From positions 4,590,001-4,654,000 of the forward strand of contig CM075998.1 of NCBI GenBank assembly GCA_038087875.1: DNA of 64,000 nt, in the 5' to 3' direction. Shown here one piece after another: positions 62,168 to 64,000 of this stretch; the first letter of the stretch is position 1; the number at the start of each line of letters is the position of its first letter. The translations under genes were made by a program, and so were the position numbers. The notes under the pieces are model-generated. The model did not search any database. It worked only from the letters and a program-made list of their open reading frames with translations, and was not told the DNA's origin. The DNA is from Malacoraja senta. Taxonomy: Eukaryota.

Positions 62168-62505
62168 TTGTGTTTAAGAAGGAACTGCAGATGCTGGAAA
62201 ATCGAAGGTACACAAAAATGCTGGAGAAACTCAGCGGGTGCAGCAGCATCTATGGAGCGAAGGAAACTGTCTCCAGAAAGAGGAGGAGAACTTCTTCAAA
62301 GTAGGCATACCTTGAGGAGATTTCGCAGTGGAGTAGACAAAGTGTTTAAGAAGGAACTGCAGATGCTGGAAAATCGAAGGTACACAAAAATGCTGGAGAA
62401 ACTCAGCGGGTGCAGAAGAAGGGTTTAGGCCCAAAACTTTGCCTATTTCCTTCGCTCCATAGATGCTGCTGCACCCGCTGAGTTTCTCCAGCATTTTTGT
62501 GTACC
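62168..62505. mobile_element. Tandem plus inverted Penelope end element
   Basis: TGTTTAAGAAGGAACTGCAGATGCTGG... occurs twice, followed by an inverted arm. 15-bp TSD AAGGAGATATGGCTG at 62153-62167 and 62506-62520. Confidence 0.85.
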
Positions 62506-63296
62506 AAGGAGATATGGCTGCTGGATGATTGGGAGTGTGGTGTATTGGTTGAGATGGTGATCTCAGTGGTAGTTGGGGGAAGACTCAAGATAGTGCTGCA
62601 AAGCTGTGGTGAAGTGGAGAGAGATTTGGTGTGGAAGCAACCGCTATGTAAGGATGCTGAAAGAGAACCTGCAATAGGATCATGCACACATTGGGCCCAC
62701 AATTAATCTCTTTAATAACACTGAGGTAGTCGCAACCCTCGGGTTTAGACCTGATTACGTGTATGTGGCCCACACTGTTAGTGGGTATGAAGTGCCAGCT
62801 ACAATTACAAGCAAGTGATGTCGGTACCCCAGTTTGTGCCCCATTTGACATCACTGCACTTGTCCGAGGAGTCGCTGTACTTCTGCACATCAAAGGCACA
62901 GAGGACCTAGAACAACATTCCAAAAGTGCACTTCACAAGTTCACAAGTTGTAGGAGTAGAATTAGGCCATTCGGCCCATCAAGTCTACTCCGCCATTCAA
63001 TCATGGCTGATCTCTGCCTCCTAATCTCTTCTTCCTACCTTCTTCCCATAACACTTGTCACCACTTCTGGCACACTAAAGTGCTCGATCACATTTAGCAA
63101 TTAAACAATCATTAAAATGCTGTTGCATAATATAGTGCAGAACACGGTCGCATGATGTGGTCACATTTGGAGGTGGCTGTTTTTCAGTGGATGCATTAAA
63201 CTGAAATTCCCCGTCTATATGGTGAACGCAGATCTCCTAAGGAACTATATTCATCCCTGAAGCACGGCTACCAAAAATAAATTAATTGATTAGTTA

Positions 63297-63479
63297 TGTT
63301 TAAGAAGGAACTGCAGATGCTGGAAAATCGAAGGTAGACAAAAATGCTGGAGAAACTCAGCGGGTGAGGCAGCATCTATGGAGCGAAGGAAATAGGCAAC
63401 GTTTCGGGATGAAACGTTGCCTATTTCCTTCGCTCCATAGATGCTGCCTCACCCGCTGAGTTTCTCCAGCATTTTTGTC
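63297..63479. mobile_element. Foldback Penelope end element with the hammerhead core deleted at its centre
   Basis: Near-perfect ~70-bp inverted arms around gtttcgggatgaaac. 14-bp TSD TAATTGATTAGTTA at 63283-63296 and 63480-63493. Confidence 0.88.
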
Positions 63480-64000
63480 TAATTGATTAGTTACCTCATT
63501 CATGCTTTTAGGATCTCAGTGTGTACAAACTGCTTACATTGACCATGTTATTGTCATCTCACCAATTGTAAAATGACTTGGGGAGCCTTGAAAGCCACGA
63601 TAAGTGCATGTTTATTCATCTTTTATACTGTATGACAGGCAGATGAAAAAAGCAGCATCACCACCTGAACAGCCCTTTCCTCATCCTTTCCCCTGCACAT
63701 ACGCCACGGATGACTTCAATTGTATCATTCCTTGTTTTCTCCTTTATAGCCACCGGTACGAGGTTCATCTGAAATGGAAGCATCTGGACAGTCCTTTCCC
63801 ATTGAGTCACCACAGGATCTCTGCTCTGCAGATTATTTTGGTTCCTTTAACTCATCACCTTCAGATGATTGCCGTCTATCCATGGGTATGTTATATTTCC
63901 AAATTACTGTAAAAACCTGCAGCACAGAAAAAGACCATTCAACCCAATGTGTCCATACCCATGTTTGGTGTTTCATTGGACGCTCCTGCACATTTCCTCA

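Noticed and set aside
12268..63479. Foldback elements as DNA-transposon MITEs or miRNA genes
   Set aside because: Arms are homologous to the Penelope 3' end, are asymmetric in length and have variable 12-16 bp TSDs.
1..64000. Most ORFs in the six-frame track as genes
   Set aside because: They are short, often with non-ATG starts, and fall in SINE/LINE fragments, antisense to TE ORFs, or in low-complexity DNA. Only the VDR exons and TE ORFs have recognisable motifs.

Overview
Vertebrate nuclear DNA, almost certainly a cartilaginous fish (skate/ray-like, inferred from the repeat families). The only host gene I can support is the vitamin D receptor (VDR, NR1I1) on the + strand: three coding exons at 40986-41137, 46943-47073 and 60428-60612 splice in frame and encode the zinc fingers, hinge and start of the ligand-binding domain. 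The gene continues past the window, and a possible first exon ends at 2780. The rest is intronic or upstream DNA dense in repeats: a nearly intact Neptune-type Penelope-like element, about 14 short Penelope end fragments with minimal hammerhead ribozyme cores, HE1/V-SINE-like and Deu-type SINEs, CR1, Rex1, RTE, L1 and L2 fragments, Harbinger-like and hAT MITEs, and a tRNA-Cys pseudogene. The most striking observation is a ~140-nt non-autonomous retroelement, present in two TSD-flanked copies (29790-29930 and 33027-33167). It starts exactly at G1 of a minimal 54-nt HDV/CPEB3-like ribozyme fold and ends in a (GAA)n tail. One copy is nested inside a hammerhead-bearing Penelope fragment. Coordinates were counted by hand; repeat boundaries without TSDs are approximate.
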